In this document: positions 7,192 through 15,549 of the stretch, piece by piece
How the letters are laid out: every line of letters starts with the position of its first letter
Numbering within the stretch: position 1 is the first letter of the stretch
Assembly (NCBI GenBank): GCA_041694835.1
Contig: JBGFRZ010000042.1
Location: 1 to 36,389 of the forward strand
Length of the DNA stretch: 36,389 nucleotides
Direction of reading: 5' to 3'
Source: Ignavibacteria bacterium
GTDB taxonomy: Bacteria > Elusimicrobiota > Endomicrobiia > PHAN01
Made by a program: the position numbers and the translations under genes
The notes under the pieces: model-generated
Seen by the model: the letters and a program-made list of their open reading frames with translations, nothing else
Database searches by the model: none
Told to the model about the DNA's origin: nothing

Positions 7192-8190
7192 ATGCCTCTT
7201 GATTTTTTTCTTGACGGTCAAAACTACGAAAAAATAGCCGATACTGTCAAACCGTCCGCGGAAAAACTTTATGACCTCATTATACTGGGAGGAGGGCCGG
7301 CGGGAATGACGGCATCTGTCTATGCCTCAAGAAAAATGCTCGAGACGCTTCTCATAACGGAAAACATCGGCGGACAGCCGCTCCTTACGGTCGCCATAGA
7401 AAACTATATGGGGTATCAGTACATAACCGGAAACGACCTTTCTGAAAAGTTCTCAACCCAAATGAAGCAGTTTCCCATCGCTATTTTGGAAAAAGATATC
7501 GCCAAAAAAATTTTTGCGGAAAAACAAGGATTTTCCGTCGGCACAAAGAGTGGAAAAAAATTCAGGGCAAAAACACTCATCATCGCCACAGGCAAAAGAT
7601 ACAGAGAACTCGGCGTGCCGGGCGAAAAAAAACTCGTGGGAAAAGGCGTGGCGTACTGCACCGCCTGCGATGCCCCGCTTTTCAAAGATAAGGATGTCGC
7701 CGTAATCGGCGGGGGAAATTCCGCTCTTACCTCGGTAATCGATTTGATGAAAATCGCAAGGAAGATTTATCTAATCAACAATCTTGACACCCTTCAAGGC
7801 GACCCGATTTTGCAGAAAAAAATCAAATCAACTGGGCGAACAAATGTTCGCCCCGAACAAATGTTCGGTTATTCTGTGATTGAAATCGGCGGGGGAAATT
7901 CCGTCGAAAGTATAACGATAAAATCAAAATCTGGTGAAACAAAGACTCTACTGGTCAGCGGGGTTTTTATAGAAATTGGGCTCGTGCCGAACTCTGATTT
8001 TGCCGAAGGATTGCTGGAACTCAACGAAAACCGCGAGATTCTCGTCGACTGCAGCTCGAGAACATCGGCTGATGGTATCTTTGCCGCGGGTGATGTAACA
8101 TCAGTCACCGAAAAGCAGATAATCGTCGCCGCCGGCGAAGGTGCAAAAGCCGCGCTCGGCGCCTACAGATATTTGGTGAATAAAAAATAA
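7192..8190 (+). CDS. trxB: Thioredoxin-disulfide reductase (TrxB/AhpF C-terminal-like)
   Basis: GGGPAG FAD motif, YCTACDAP CxxC, VIGGGNSA NAD(P)H motif, FAAGD. Confidence 0.85.
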   Translation: MPLDFFLDGQNYEKIADTVKPSAEKLYDLIILGGGPAGMTASVYASRKMLETLLITENIGGQPLLTVAIENYMGYQYITGNDLSEKFSTQMKQFPIAILEKDIAKKIFAEKQGFSVGTKSGKKFRAKTLIIATGKRYRELGVPGEKKLVGKGVAYCTACDAPLFKDKDVAVIGGGNSALTSVIDLMKIARKIYLINNLDTLQGDPILQKKIKSTGRTNVRPEQMFGYSVIEIGGGNSVESITIKSKSGETKTLLVSGVFIEIGLVPNSDFAEGLLELNENREILVDCSSRTSADGIFAAGDVTSVTEKQIIVAAGEGAKAALGAYRYLVNKK

Positions 8191-8214
8191 GAAGTTTCTC
8201 TTGGCATAAAATTT

Positions 8215-8223
8215 TGATATAAT
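8215..8223 (+). promoter_or_regulatory. Extended -10 promoter element
   Basis: TG-A-TATAAT in the intergenic gap upstream of the oxidoreductase gene. Confidence 0.5.
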
Positions 8224-8276
8224 TCCGTCATAAAGCAACTTAATTGCATTCCTCGAAAACACCACTGATGAGGGAT

Positions 8277-8927
8277 ATGGCGATACTGAATGAAAAAACT
8301 ACAGAGCAACTAAAGAAAGATTTTGAATCACTCAAAGACGAGGTGAACTTGATTTTTTTTAAAGAATCGTCTGAAAAATGCGAACACTGTAAAGATACGG
8401 AAGACATGCTTGAAGAAATTGCGGCGATTTCGCGAAAGATAAAAGTGTCAGTTTTCGACATTGACTTGCAAAAAACCGAGGCGTCAAAATACAAAATAGA
8501 CAAAACCCCCGCGATAGCGATTCTTGATTCTGCAAAAAGAGATTGTGGCATAAGATTTTTTGGAATACCGGCGGGACATGAGTTTTCTTCATTTATAGAA
8601 ACTCTCAAGATGGTCTCATCGGGAGAGAGCGGGCTTCTCGCAAAATCGAAGGAAATTCTTAAAAAAATCTCAAAGCCAATCGACATAAAAGTATTCGTAA
8701 CATTGACCTGCCCTTATTGTCCACCAGTCGTAAAACTTGCTAATAAATTTGCTTATGAAAGCGAAAACATATCGTCGCAGATGCTCGTCGCTTCGGAGTT
8801 TATGGAACTTGCAATGAAGTATGATGTCCGCACTGTGCCCAAAATCATAATAAACGAAAAGGAAATTCTCGAAGGCGCTAAATCGGAAAAAGAATTTCTC
8901 AAAATAATAGAGCGAGTTTCGAAATAA
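8277..8927 (+). CDS. Protein disulfide oxidoreductase (two thioredoxin folds; AhpF-NTD/glutaredoxin-like)
   Basis: CEHC and CPYC motifs, GIRFFGIPAGHEFSSFI. Likely start is ATG 8277 after GAGGG. Confidence 0.85.
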   Translation: MAILNEKTTEQLKKDFESLKDEVNLIFFKESSEKCEHCKDTEDMLEEIAAISRKIKVSVFDIDLQKTEASKYKIDKTPAIAILDSAKRDCGIRFFGIPAGHEFSSFIETLKMVSSGESGLLAKSKEILKKISKPIDIKVFVTLTCPYCPPVVKLANKFAYESENISSQMLVASEFMELAMKYDVRTVPKIIINEKEILEGAKSEKEFLKIIERVSK

Positions 8928-8932
8928 AAAAA

Positions 8933-9541
8933 ATGAGAAAGTATGTAATATCGAGATGGAGTGTTCCTTTCGCTGGATTTCTTCTTACTCTTATGGGAGG
9001 ATTTTCCTACGCATGGGGCGTTTTTGTTGTTCCTATGATTAATAAATTTGGATGGACGAAAGCGGAAGTGTTACTTCCATTTACAATTTTTATGGTGGTA
9101 TTTGCTTTGGTTATGTTTCCCGCCGGAAAGATGCAGAATAAAATTGGTCCGAGAAAAGTTTCGATGGCCGGCGCAATTTTGTTTTTTGTGGCTTATGGAT
9201 TAGCGGCATTAGTGAGCCGTTTACCTTATTCGTGGTGGCTTGTGGTAACCTACGGCATTATCGGCGGAACGGCTTGTGCTTTGACTTACGCTTGCGTTGC
9301 TCCTCCCGACAGAAAATGGTTTCCCGCGATTACCCCTTCATGTTTTGGCACAAAGCATCTCGGAGCCAATTATGGAATGGTATTCACCGCTTTTGGTGTC
9401 GGCGCTCTATCTCCGACGATAGGCGCGGCAATATTTGATGCAACAGGAAGTTATGCACCGATTTTTATTTCCGCGGGAGTCATGGCCGCTGCGGGAATTA
9501 TTTTATGTTTGATTCCTAAGAATAAGTATGCTGTCGCATAA
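8933..9541 (+). CDS. Half-length (about 6 TM) OFA-like MFS transporter, internally deleted; possibly a pseudogene
   Basis: OFA-type N-terminus (GFSYAWGVF, AGKMQNKIGPR, ...KWFP) joined directly to a C-terminal motif (FGTKHLGANYGMVFTAFG...FDATGSY); only 202 aa. Confidence 0.7.
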   Translation: MRKYVISRWSVPFAGFLLTLMGGFSYAWGVFVVPMINKFGWTKAEVLLPFTIFMVVFALVMFPAGKMQNKIGPRKVSMAGAILFFVAYGLAALVSRLPYSWWLVVTYGIIGGTACALTYACVAPPDRKWFPAITPSCFGTKHLGANYGMVFTAFGVGALSPTIGAAIFDATGSYAPIFISAGVMAAAGIILCLIPKNKYAVA

Positions 9542-9632
9542 AATTTTATAGCGTCATAAAAATAATTAGGGTATGCTGACGCTGTGCTAAAATGCTAAAA
9601 AACGAGTACTCCGAGACATCATTTTTAGGCAA

Positions 9633-10160
9633 ATGCTCAAAAATCTTTTTATAACGGGAAATCCCGGTTGCGGCAAGACGACGCTCATAAAAGAAATTTT
9701 TTCGCTCTATCCAAAAAAACTCGGCGGCTTTTATACAGAAGAAATAATTGAAAATAATTCGCGGGCGGGTTTTTTGCTGAAAACTTTTGAAGGCGACTCG
9801 CAAATTTTTGCTCATAAAAAAATCCAGTCGCCCTATAAGTTAAAAAAATATAAAGTTGATTTAGATTGCCTTGAATTGCTCGGATTATCCGCCATGGAGA
9901 AAGCCGTAGAATCAGGAAAAATAGTGGTCATCGACGAAATCGGTTCTATGGAAGTTCTTTCGGAGAAATTCAGAAAAAGAATTTATGAACTGTTGCTTTC
10001 CCCGTCGAAAGTCATCGCCACAATCCGCCTGAAATCAAAACCATTCACAGACGAAATCAAAAATCTGCCCGACAGCCGAACATTCGTCTTGACAAGAAAT
10101 AACTATCATCAAATAAAAACCAAAATAATTGAATGGCTTAAATTAGTATGTAGTATGTAG
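9633..10160 (+). CDS. Nucleoside-triphosphatase (NTPase_1/THEP1 family)
   Basis: ITGNPGCGKTT, GGFYTEEI, VVIDEIGSME. Confidence 0.85.
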   Translation: MLKNLFITGNPGCGKTTLIKEIFSLYPKKLGGFYTEEIIENNSRAGFLLKTFEGDSQIFAHKKIQSPYKLKKYKVDLDCLELLGLSAMEKAVESGKIVVIDEIGSMEVLSEKFRKRIYELLLSPSKVIATIRLKSKPFTDEIKNLPDSRTFVLTRNNYHQIKTKIIEWLKLVCSM

Positions 10161-10228
10161 TAGGTAGGGGATAGTGGATGGGGGACGAATTTTGTTTTTT
10201 CTCCCTACATACTGTATACTACATACTG
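10144..10228. repeat. Inverted heptamer tandem arrays
   Basis: TAGTATG-like x6 (10144-10185) and complementary CATACTR-like units (10202-10228). Confidence 0.75.
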
Positions 10229-10234
10229 ATTTTT

Positions 10235-11671
10235 ATGGAAAAGATACCTGTAACCATAGATAAGTCGCATTTGGTCACTGTGGGGGAACGTCTTTATACG
10301 GAAAATGTCGAACTGCTGCGCGAACTTGTAAACAACGCCTACGATGCCGACGCTGAAAGAGTAAAAATAAACATCAGCGAGAATGAAATTGTTGTGGAAG
10401 ACGATGGTTCAGGGATGGATTTGGAAGGTCTCAAACAATACTTCAACATCGGCTCTCCTTTCAAGAAAGAAAATCCAAAAAGCCCCAAATTTGGCAGAAT
10501 GCGGATAGGCGAATTTGGCATCGGAAAATTTTCCGTGCTTTCAAATTGTGACCACTTTGAGGTGTTTACCAAAAAGAAAAAATTTGCCGCAACCGTAATA
10601 TTTAACAAAGAAGAATGGTCGCAGAAGTCAGCAGAATGGGAACTCCCACTAAAAATAGAAGACGCCCAATCTTCTGCCCTGTCCGACGGAACAAAGGTCA
10701 TTCTTAAAGGATTAAGAAAAAAATTCGATTTAGAAAATGTTGAGAGGCGACTGATTGAAACGCTACCACTGAAAACACCAAGTTTCAGTGTTTACCTCAA
10801 CGAAAAAAAACTATCGCCGCGGGCACTTACAGGGCGAAAACTTCCATTTCTCGAAGGCACCGATTATGGAATTGTTCACGGCGAAATAGTCATATTGCCC
10901 GAATCTCGCATCGTCTCACCCGACGAGGTGGGAATACTCGTTCGAGTAAAGCAGGTGGCAATCAGACGCTTGTCTTTTGGCTTGGAGCCGGATTTGCTTT
11001 CAAAAATCACAGGCGAAGTAAATGTTGATTTCTTGCCTCTTACTACTGACAGAAATGATTTTATAAAAGATGCTCCTGAATTTGAGACATTTAATGTCGT
11101 AATGAAAAAATATTTTTCTTGGGTCAACGATGAGTTCAGCAGACGCTCCGACGAAAAAGAAAACAGCAGAGTAAAAAGGGCGATGAGAGAAGTCACTCAA
11201 AAGATTGAGGTCGCACTTCTGAAAAATAAGGAGTGGTGTCCCCATGGACTTCTACCTATTGGAGACAGAGGGGAAAATGAAGTTGGAAATACAGCGGAGC
11301 AAACGAAAACGTCTCTGCAAGTGGAGTCATTGGAAAAATCGAAGAAAGAAAAAAGAGTTCGCGTTAAACGTCCTCGTCTGAAACAACTTTCTCCGAGTGC
11401 CCTCATAAAAAAAATCAAAATAGGGCAGATGAATCTTGCAATGATAATCGACCACTTCGGCTCTGACGGACCCGAGTCATTTCTTGAGGGAGAAATAATC
11501 TACATAAACCGAGACCATCCGCTTTATACAAGAGAGTCGAAATATCGCGAGCGTCATATAATGAACATCGCGCGTCTGCTCTGTCAGGAAATATCCCTTA
11601 TGAGCAAACCTAAAGACCCGAGACACGCTTATGAAAGGCAATCAAAACTCTTAAGAGACGCTTTTGTTTAG
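10235..11671 (+). CDS. GHKL (HATPase_c_3, MutL/MORC-like) ATP-binding protein
   Basis: RELVNNAYDADA, VEDDGSGM, IGEFGIGKFS, GTKV Bergerat motifs. Likely start is ATG 10235. Confidence 0.8.
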   Translation: MEKIPVTIDKSHLVTVGERLYTENVELLRELVNNAYDADAERVKINISENEIVVEDDGSGMDLEGLKQYFNIGSPFKKENPKSPKFGRMRIGEFGIGKFSVLSNCDHFEVFTKKKKFAATVIFNKEEWSQKSAEWELPLKIEDAQSSALSDGTKVILKGLRKKFDLENVERRLIETLPLKTPSFSVYLNEKKLSPRALTGRKLPFLEGTDYGIVHGEIVILPESRIVSPDEVGILVRVKQVAIRRLSFGLEPDLLSKITGEVNVDFLPLTTDRNDFIKDAPEFETFNVVMKKYFSWVNDEFSRRSDEKENSRVKRAMREVTQKIEVALLKNKEWCPHGLLPIGDRGENEVGNTAEQTKTSLQVESLEKSKKEKRVRVKRPRLKQLSPSALIKKIKIGQMNLAMIIDHFGSDGPESFLEGEIIYINRDHPLYTRESKYRERHIMNIARLLCQEISLMSKPKDPRHAYERQSKLLRDAFV

Positions 11672-11686
11672 AGCGAAGCGAACGTT

Positions 11687-11778
11687 GTAGTCTCCCGATT
11701 TATCGGGAGTTGAACACAGCGAATTATGTAGCCCCCGAATTCATTCGGGGGTGAGCCCCGCACAATAAATGTGCGGGG
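11687..11778. repeat. Cluster of GTAG-type REP palindromes
   Basis: GTAG-T-CTCCCGATTTATCGGGAG; GTAG-CCCCCGAATTCATTCGGGGG; CCCCGCACAATAAATGTGCGGGG. Confidence 0.75.
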
Positions 11779-11808
11779 GTAAACTTCGCGAATAGGAGGT
11801 GATACAGT

Positions 11809-12087
11809 ATGGCAAAGTATTTAATGCTTGGAAAGTATTCTACTGAGTCATTGAAAGAAATTTCTGCGGGGCGAACGAAACGAGCAATTGAAATGATTGA
11901 GAAATCGGGAGGCAAGGTTATATCCATCTATATGCTATTAGGCAATTACGATATAGCTCTAATCGTCGACCTTCCTTCAAACTCAGAAGCGACGAAGGTG
12001 TCTGTTTCACTTTCAAAATCCACTAACATCGGCTTTACAACTTTTCCCGCAATGACCGTCGAGGAATTCGACAAATTAGTCGGATAA
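11809..12087 (+). CDS. GYD domain-containing protein
   Basis: AGGAGG RBS; MAKYLMLGKYSTE...GGKV...LGNYDIALIVDLP...TFPAMTVEEFDK. Confidence 0.85.
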   Translation: MAKYLMLGKYSTESLKEISAGRTKRAIEMIEKSGGKVISIYMLLGNYDIALIVDLPSNSEATKVSVSLSKSTNIGFTTFPAMTVEEFDKLVG

Positions 12088-12249
12088 TCCGACACTTGAA
12101 GGGACGAAAAAAATTCTTATGGCGCTTTTATGCACCAACAGGCGTGGTATGTTTTGTCTTTGTCTGAATATTTTGTTTTTACTCACCACTACTGTTGTGT
12201 TAAGTCCTTGATAATGCCACCCTGCTCTCATTGCAATCACGAGCACGAA

Positions 12250-12296
12250 AAATCCCCCCTCCCCCCTTTACAAAAGGGGGAATAAAAGGGGGATTT
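12250..12296. repeat. Nested C-run/G-run palindromic dispersed repeat
   Basis: AAATCCCCC...CCCCCTTT-ACA-AAAGGGGG...GGGGGATTT; related copy at 14018-14126. Confidence 0.7.
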
Positions 12297-12455
12297 ACTA
12301 TCAATAACTTCTGTCACAGAACAATAGTATTTTGTTCGCATGGTAAAAATACACGCTTGTAAATTTGACATGCGGTTAAAATAATAATCTAAAAGCAACG
12401 AGAACATAACACATTCCATTTTTCTTGTTGCTCGTTACTTATTATTATCGCAAGT

Positions 12456-13565
12456 ATGAAAAGATATCTTTTTGAACAAATAAAAACTGACATCCGGCGG
12501 AAAATGGTTTTTCTTGGGGGGCCGAGGCAAGTTGGGAAAACTACGCTCGCACTTCAAATTTTAGGTGGTAAAGACGGATATCTCAACTGGGATGCGCCTG
12601 ACCATAGGGAGAATATCTTAAAACGCGAACTGCCATTTGGCAATACACTTGTATTTGACGAAATTCATAAATACAGAGCGTGGAGAAATTACTTAAAAGG
12701 TTTGTATGACTTCCGTCGTGGAAAAACAAAAATCCTTGTTAGCGGAAGCGCACGCCTCGATTTTTACCGTTTTGGCGGAGATTCTCTGCAGGGAAGATAT
12801 CATTTTTTACGGCTTCACCCATTGTCCGTAGGAGAACTTGGCATTGAGACGCAAAAGGACTTCATTGAACTTCTTGAACTCGGCGGATTTCCTGAATCAT
12901 ATTTGGGCAAATCGCGGGTTGAAGCGAAGAGATGGTCCCGTGAATACAGAACCCGTCTTATCAGAGATGACCTTATGTCTCTTGAGCGCGTCCATGACGT
13001 GGGAAATTTGGAATTGCTTATGCTCCGACTGCCCGAACTCGTGGGAAGTCCTCTTTCGCTGAACGCTCTACGCGAGGACTTGCAGGTAAGTCATAAAGTT
13101 CTATCCAAATGGATGAACATTCTTGAGCGACTCTATGCTGTTTTCCGACTTATGCCGTTCGGGAGTCCCCAAATCCGTGCCGTAAAAAAAGAGAAAAAAC
13201 ATTATCATTTTGATTGGTCGCTTGTTGCATCTATGCCGCAAAGGTTCGAAAATTTTATAGCGTCGCATCTTTTGAAAATGGTTCATTTTGAAGAAGATAC
13301 AAAAGGGCGTGATATGGAACTGCGGTATTTCAGAGATGTAGACGGACAGGAAGTGGATTTTGTAATAACTGAAAACGGTAAGCCCACATTGTTTATAGAA
13401 TGTAAATGGTTTGATGACGCAGTAAGCAAACCGCTCATTTATTTGAAGAAAAAATTTCCTGACATCCCCGCATGGCAACTCCATGCCGTCGGGAAACGCA
13501 ATTATCAGACGCCTGAAGGGATTCGGGTCGATTCGGCATTATCTTTCCTTAAGGACTTGGTTTGA
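12456..13565 (+). CDS. AAA-family ATP-binding protein (AAA_14 + DUF4143-like)
   Basis: GPRQVGKTT, FDEIH, SGSA, SLQGR, GGFPE, FEN, EVDF...IECK. Confidence 0.85.
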   Translation: MKRYLFEQIKTDIRRKMVFLGGPRQVGKTTLALQILGGKDGYLNWDAPDHRENILKRELPFGNTLVFDEIHKYRAWRNYLKGLYDFRRGKTKILVSGSARLDFYRFGGDSLQGRYHFLRLHPLSVGELGIETQKDFIELLELGGFPESYLGKSRVEAKRWSREYRTRLIRDDLMSLERVHDVGNLELLMLRLPELVGSPLSLNALREDLQVSHKVLSKWMNILERLYAVFRLMPFGSPQIRAVKKEKKHYHFDWSLVASMPQRFENFIASHLLKMVHFEEDTKGRDMELRYFRDVDGQEVDFVITENGKPTLFIECKWFDDAVSKPLIYLKKKFPDIPAWQLHAVGKRNYQTPEGIRVDSALSFLKDLV

Positions 13566-13602
13566 ATAATCTTTCCTGCATTTTCTAACTTGCCGATTTT
13601 TT

Positions 13603-13611
13603 TGATATAAT
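13603..13611 (+). promoter_or_regulatory. Extended -10 element positioned for a leaderless queF transcript
   Basis: TG-A-TATAAT ends 7 nt before GTG 13619; no Shine-Dalgarno sequence. Confidence 0.55.
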
Positions 13612-13618
13612 CTCACCT

Positions 13619-14005
13619 GTGCGGAAAAATAAATTTGAAAAACTTATCTTTAACAAAATTTCATCGCAATATCTTCATGCGATGCCTTACAATTACAGCG
13701 GAAAGAAGATTGAGATTGTTATAGAAACACAAGAGTTTACTTGCCTTTGTCCATGGTCGGGACTGCCGGATTTTGCACAATTAAATATCACATACACACC
13801 CGCTCAAAAAGTAATCGAACTCAAGTCACTAAAATACTACATCCACTCGTACCGCATGGTCGGTGTTTTGCACGAGGATGCCGTCAATAAAATTCTTGAA
13901 GACCTCGTAAAAAGAGTAAAGCCAAAATATATGAGAGTCGAGTTAATATTTAACCTACGCGGCGGCATAAAAACAACAGTGCTTGGGGAATATAAATCAA
14001 AATGA
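13619..14005 (+). CDS. queF: NADPH-dependent 7-cyano-7-deazaguanine reductase (preQ1 synthase), single-domain type
   Basis: EFTCLCPWSGLPDFA, IELKSLKYY, HE, FNLRGGI. Confidence 0.92.
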   Translation: MRKNKFEKLIFNKISSQYLHAMPYNYSGKKIEIVIETQEFTCLCPWSGLPDFAQLNITYTPAQKVIELKSLKYYIHSYRMVGVLHEDAVNKILEDLVKRVKPKYMRVELIFNLRGGIKTTVLGEYKSK

Positions 14006-14017
14006 GGTGGAACTACG

Positions 14018-14151
14018 AAATCCCCCTTAATCCCCTTCATTAAAGTGGGAAGCGACACACCCCGTTGTCTCCTCTTGACAGAGGGTAAATACAGGGGGAT
14101 TTAGAAGGGGGAATTAAAGGGGAATTGTTTCGTATTTTCGTGTCTTCGTCG
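14018..14151. repeat. Composite palindromic/short tandem repeat region
   Basis: AAATCCCCC (14018) pairs with GGGGGATTT (14094-14102); extra G-runs follow, then TTCGT units with about 9-nt period. Confidence 0.6.
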
Positions 14152-14178
14152 TCAAGGGTTTTCTATACAGGGAAAACA

Positions 14179-15549
14179 ATGTTTGAAAAAATAAAAAACA
14201 TTCATTTCGTCGGAATTGGCGGTTCGGGAATGTCCGGAATCGCCGAAGTGCTTCTTAATCTCGGATACAAGGTCACGGGAAGTGACATAAAAAAATCAGA
14301 GACAACCGAACACCTTAGAAAAGCCGGCGCAAAAATCCTTATAGGACACTCCAAAAAAAACATTAAAAACGCGGACGTTGTCGTGATTTCCACAGCCATT
14401 GACAAAAAGAATCCCGAAGTCAGCGAATCTCACCGTCTCAAGATTCCTGTCATACCGAGGATTGAGATGCTCGCTGAAATAGCGCGGATGAAATACACCA
14501 TAGCAGTCGGAGGCACTCATGGAAAAACGACAACGACATCCCTCGCTGCGCTTATACTTAAAGAAGGAAATCTTGACCCCACGATAGTTGTCGGCGGAAG
14601 ATTAAAAAACATCAAAAGCGGAGCCAAACTCGGAGGAGGCAAGTTTCTCGTCGCCGAAGCCGACGAATCCGACGGGTCTTTCCTGAAACTTTCTCCAACT
14701 GTTTCCATAGTCACAAATATAGATGATGATCACCTGGATTACTACGGCACTATGGAAAATCTCAACTCGGCATTCATTGAATTCATAAACAAGGTGCCAT
14801 TCTACGGTTGCTCAATACTTTGCGCCGATGATAGAAACATTCGCGCGCTTTATCCGAAAATAAAAAGAAGATTTGTGACTTACGGACTGAGTCCGGACGC
14901 TGACTATAATATAAGAAAAATAAGAAACTCGGGCGGTCTCACATCTTTTGAAATTTTCGGAAACAACAAAAAGCTGCTCAATATAAGATGGGGAGTTGCA
15001 GGTATACATAATACGCTGAACGCCACGGCCGCCGCTGTGTGCGGCATGGAGCTCGGGATAGACACAAAAAAAATCAAAAACGCTCTTGAGGGATTCAAAG
15101 GCGTTTCAAGACGGCTTGAAATAAAACACTCCAAAGGCGGGGTAGTCGTGATGGACGACTATGGACATCATCCGACTGAAATAGCCGCCACAATCGACGC
15201 AATAAAAAGACACAAAAAACCAAAAAGACTCATCGTTATATTCCAACCGCACAGATTTACGAGGACGAAATTCCTGTACAAAAAAATAGCGAAGGCTCTT
15301 AATCGGGCTGACTCTGTAAAACTTATGGAGATATATCCGGCTGGAGAAAAACAGATCGAAGGGATAAAAAGCAATCTGATATTCGATGAATTAAAAAAAC
15401 TCGGCGCCTGCGTGGAAATGTTCGAAAAAAACGACTTGAAGAAACTATCCTCGGAATTAAAGAATGGTGATGCAATGCTCACTCTGGGAGCAGGTGATGT
15501 CTACAGGCTTTCGGACGAAATCAGTAAACTCATCGTATATAAAAAATGA
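14179..15549 (+). CDS. murC: UDP-N-acetylmuramate--L-alanine ligase
   Basis: IHFVGIGGSGMSGIA, GTHGKTTTTS, EADESDGSF, DDYGHHPTEI, FQPHRFTRT. Confidence 0.97.
   Translation: MFEKIKNIHFVGIGGSGMSGIAEVLLNLGYKVTGSDIKKSETTEHLRKAGAKILIGHSKKNIKNADVVVISTAIDKKNPEVSESHRLKIPVIPRIEMLAEIARMKYTIAVGGTHGKTTTTSLAALILKEGNLDPTIVVGGRLKNIKSGAKLGGGKFLVAEADESDGSFLKLSPTVSIVTNIDDDHLDYYGTMENLNSAFIEFINKVPFYGCSILCADDRNIRALYPKIKRRFVTYGLSPDADYNIRKIRNSGGLTSFEIFGNNKKLLNIRWGVAGIHNTLNATAAAVCGMELGIDTKKIKNALEGFKGVSRRLEIKHSKGGVVVMDDYGHHPTEIAATIDAIKRHKKPKRLIVIFQPHRFTRTKFLYKKIAKALNRADSVKLMEIYPAGEKQIEGIKSNLIFDELKKLGACVEMFEKNDLKKLSSELKNGDAMLTLGAGDVYRLSDEISKLIVYKK

Noticed and set aside
4749-8927. Selenocysteine read-through in the redox genes
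   Set aside because: The CxxC motifs are intact with Cys, and the ORFs end in TAA at expected lengths.
13566-13618. Possible preQ1 riboswitch upstream of queF
   Set aside because: No recognisable preQ1 stem or A-rich tail, and the -10 element leaves no room for a leader.
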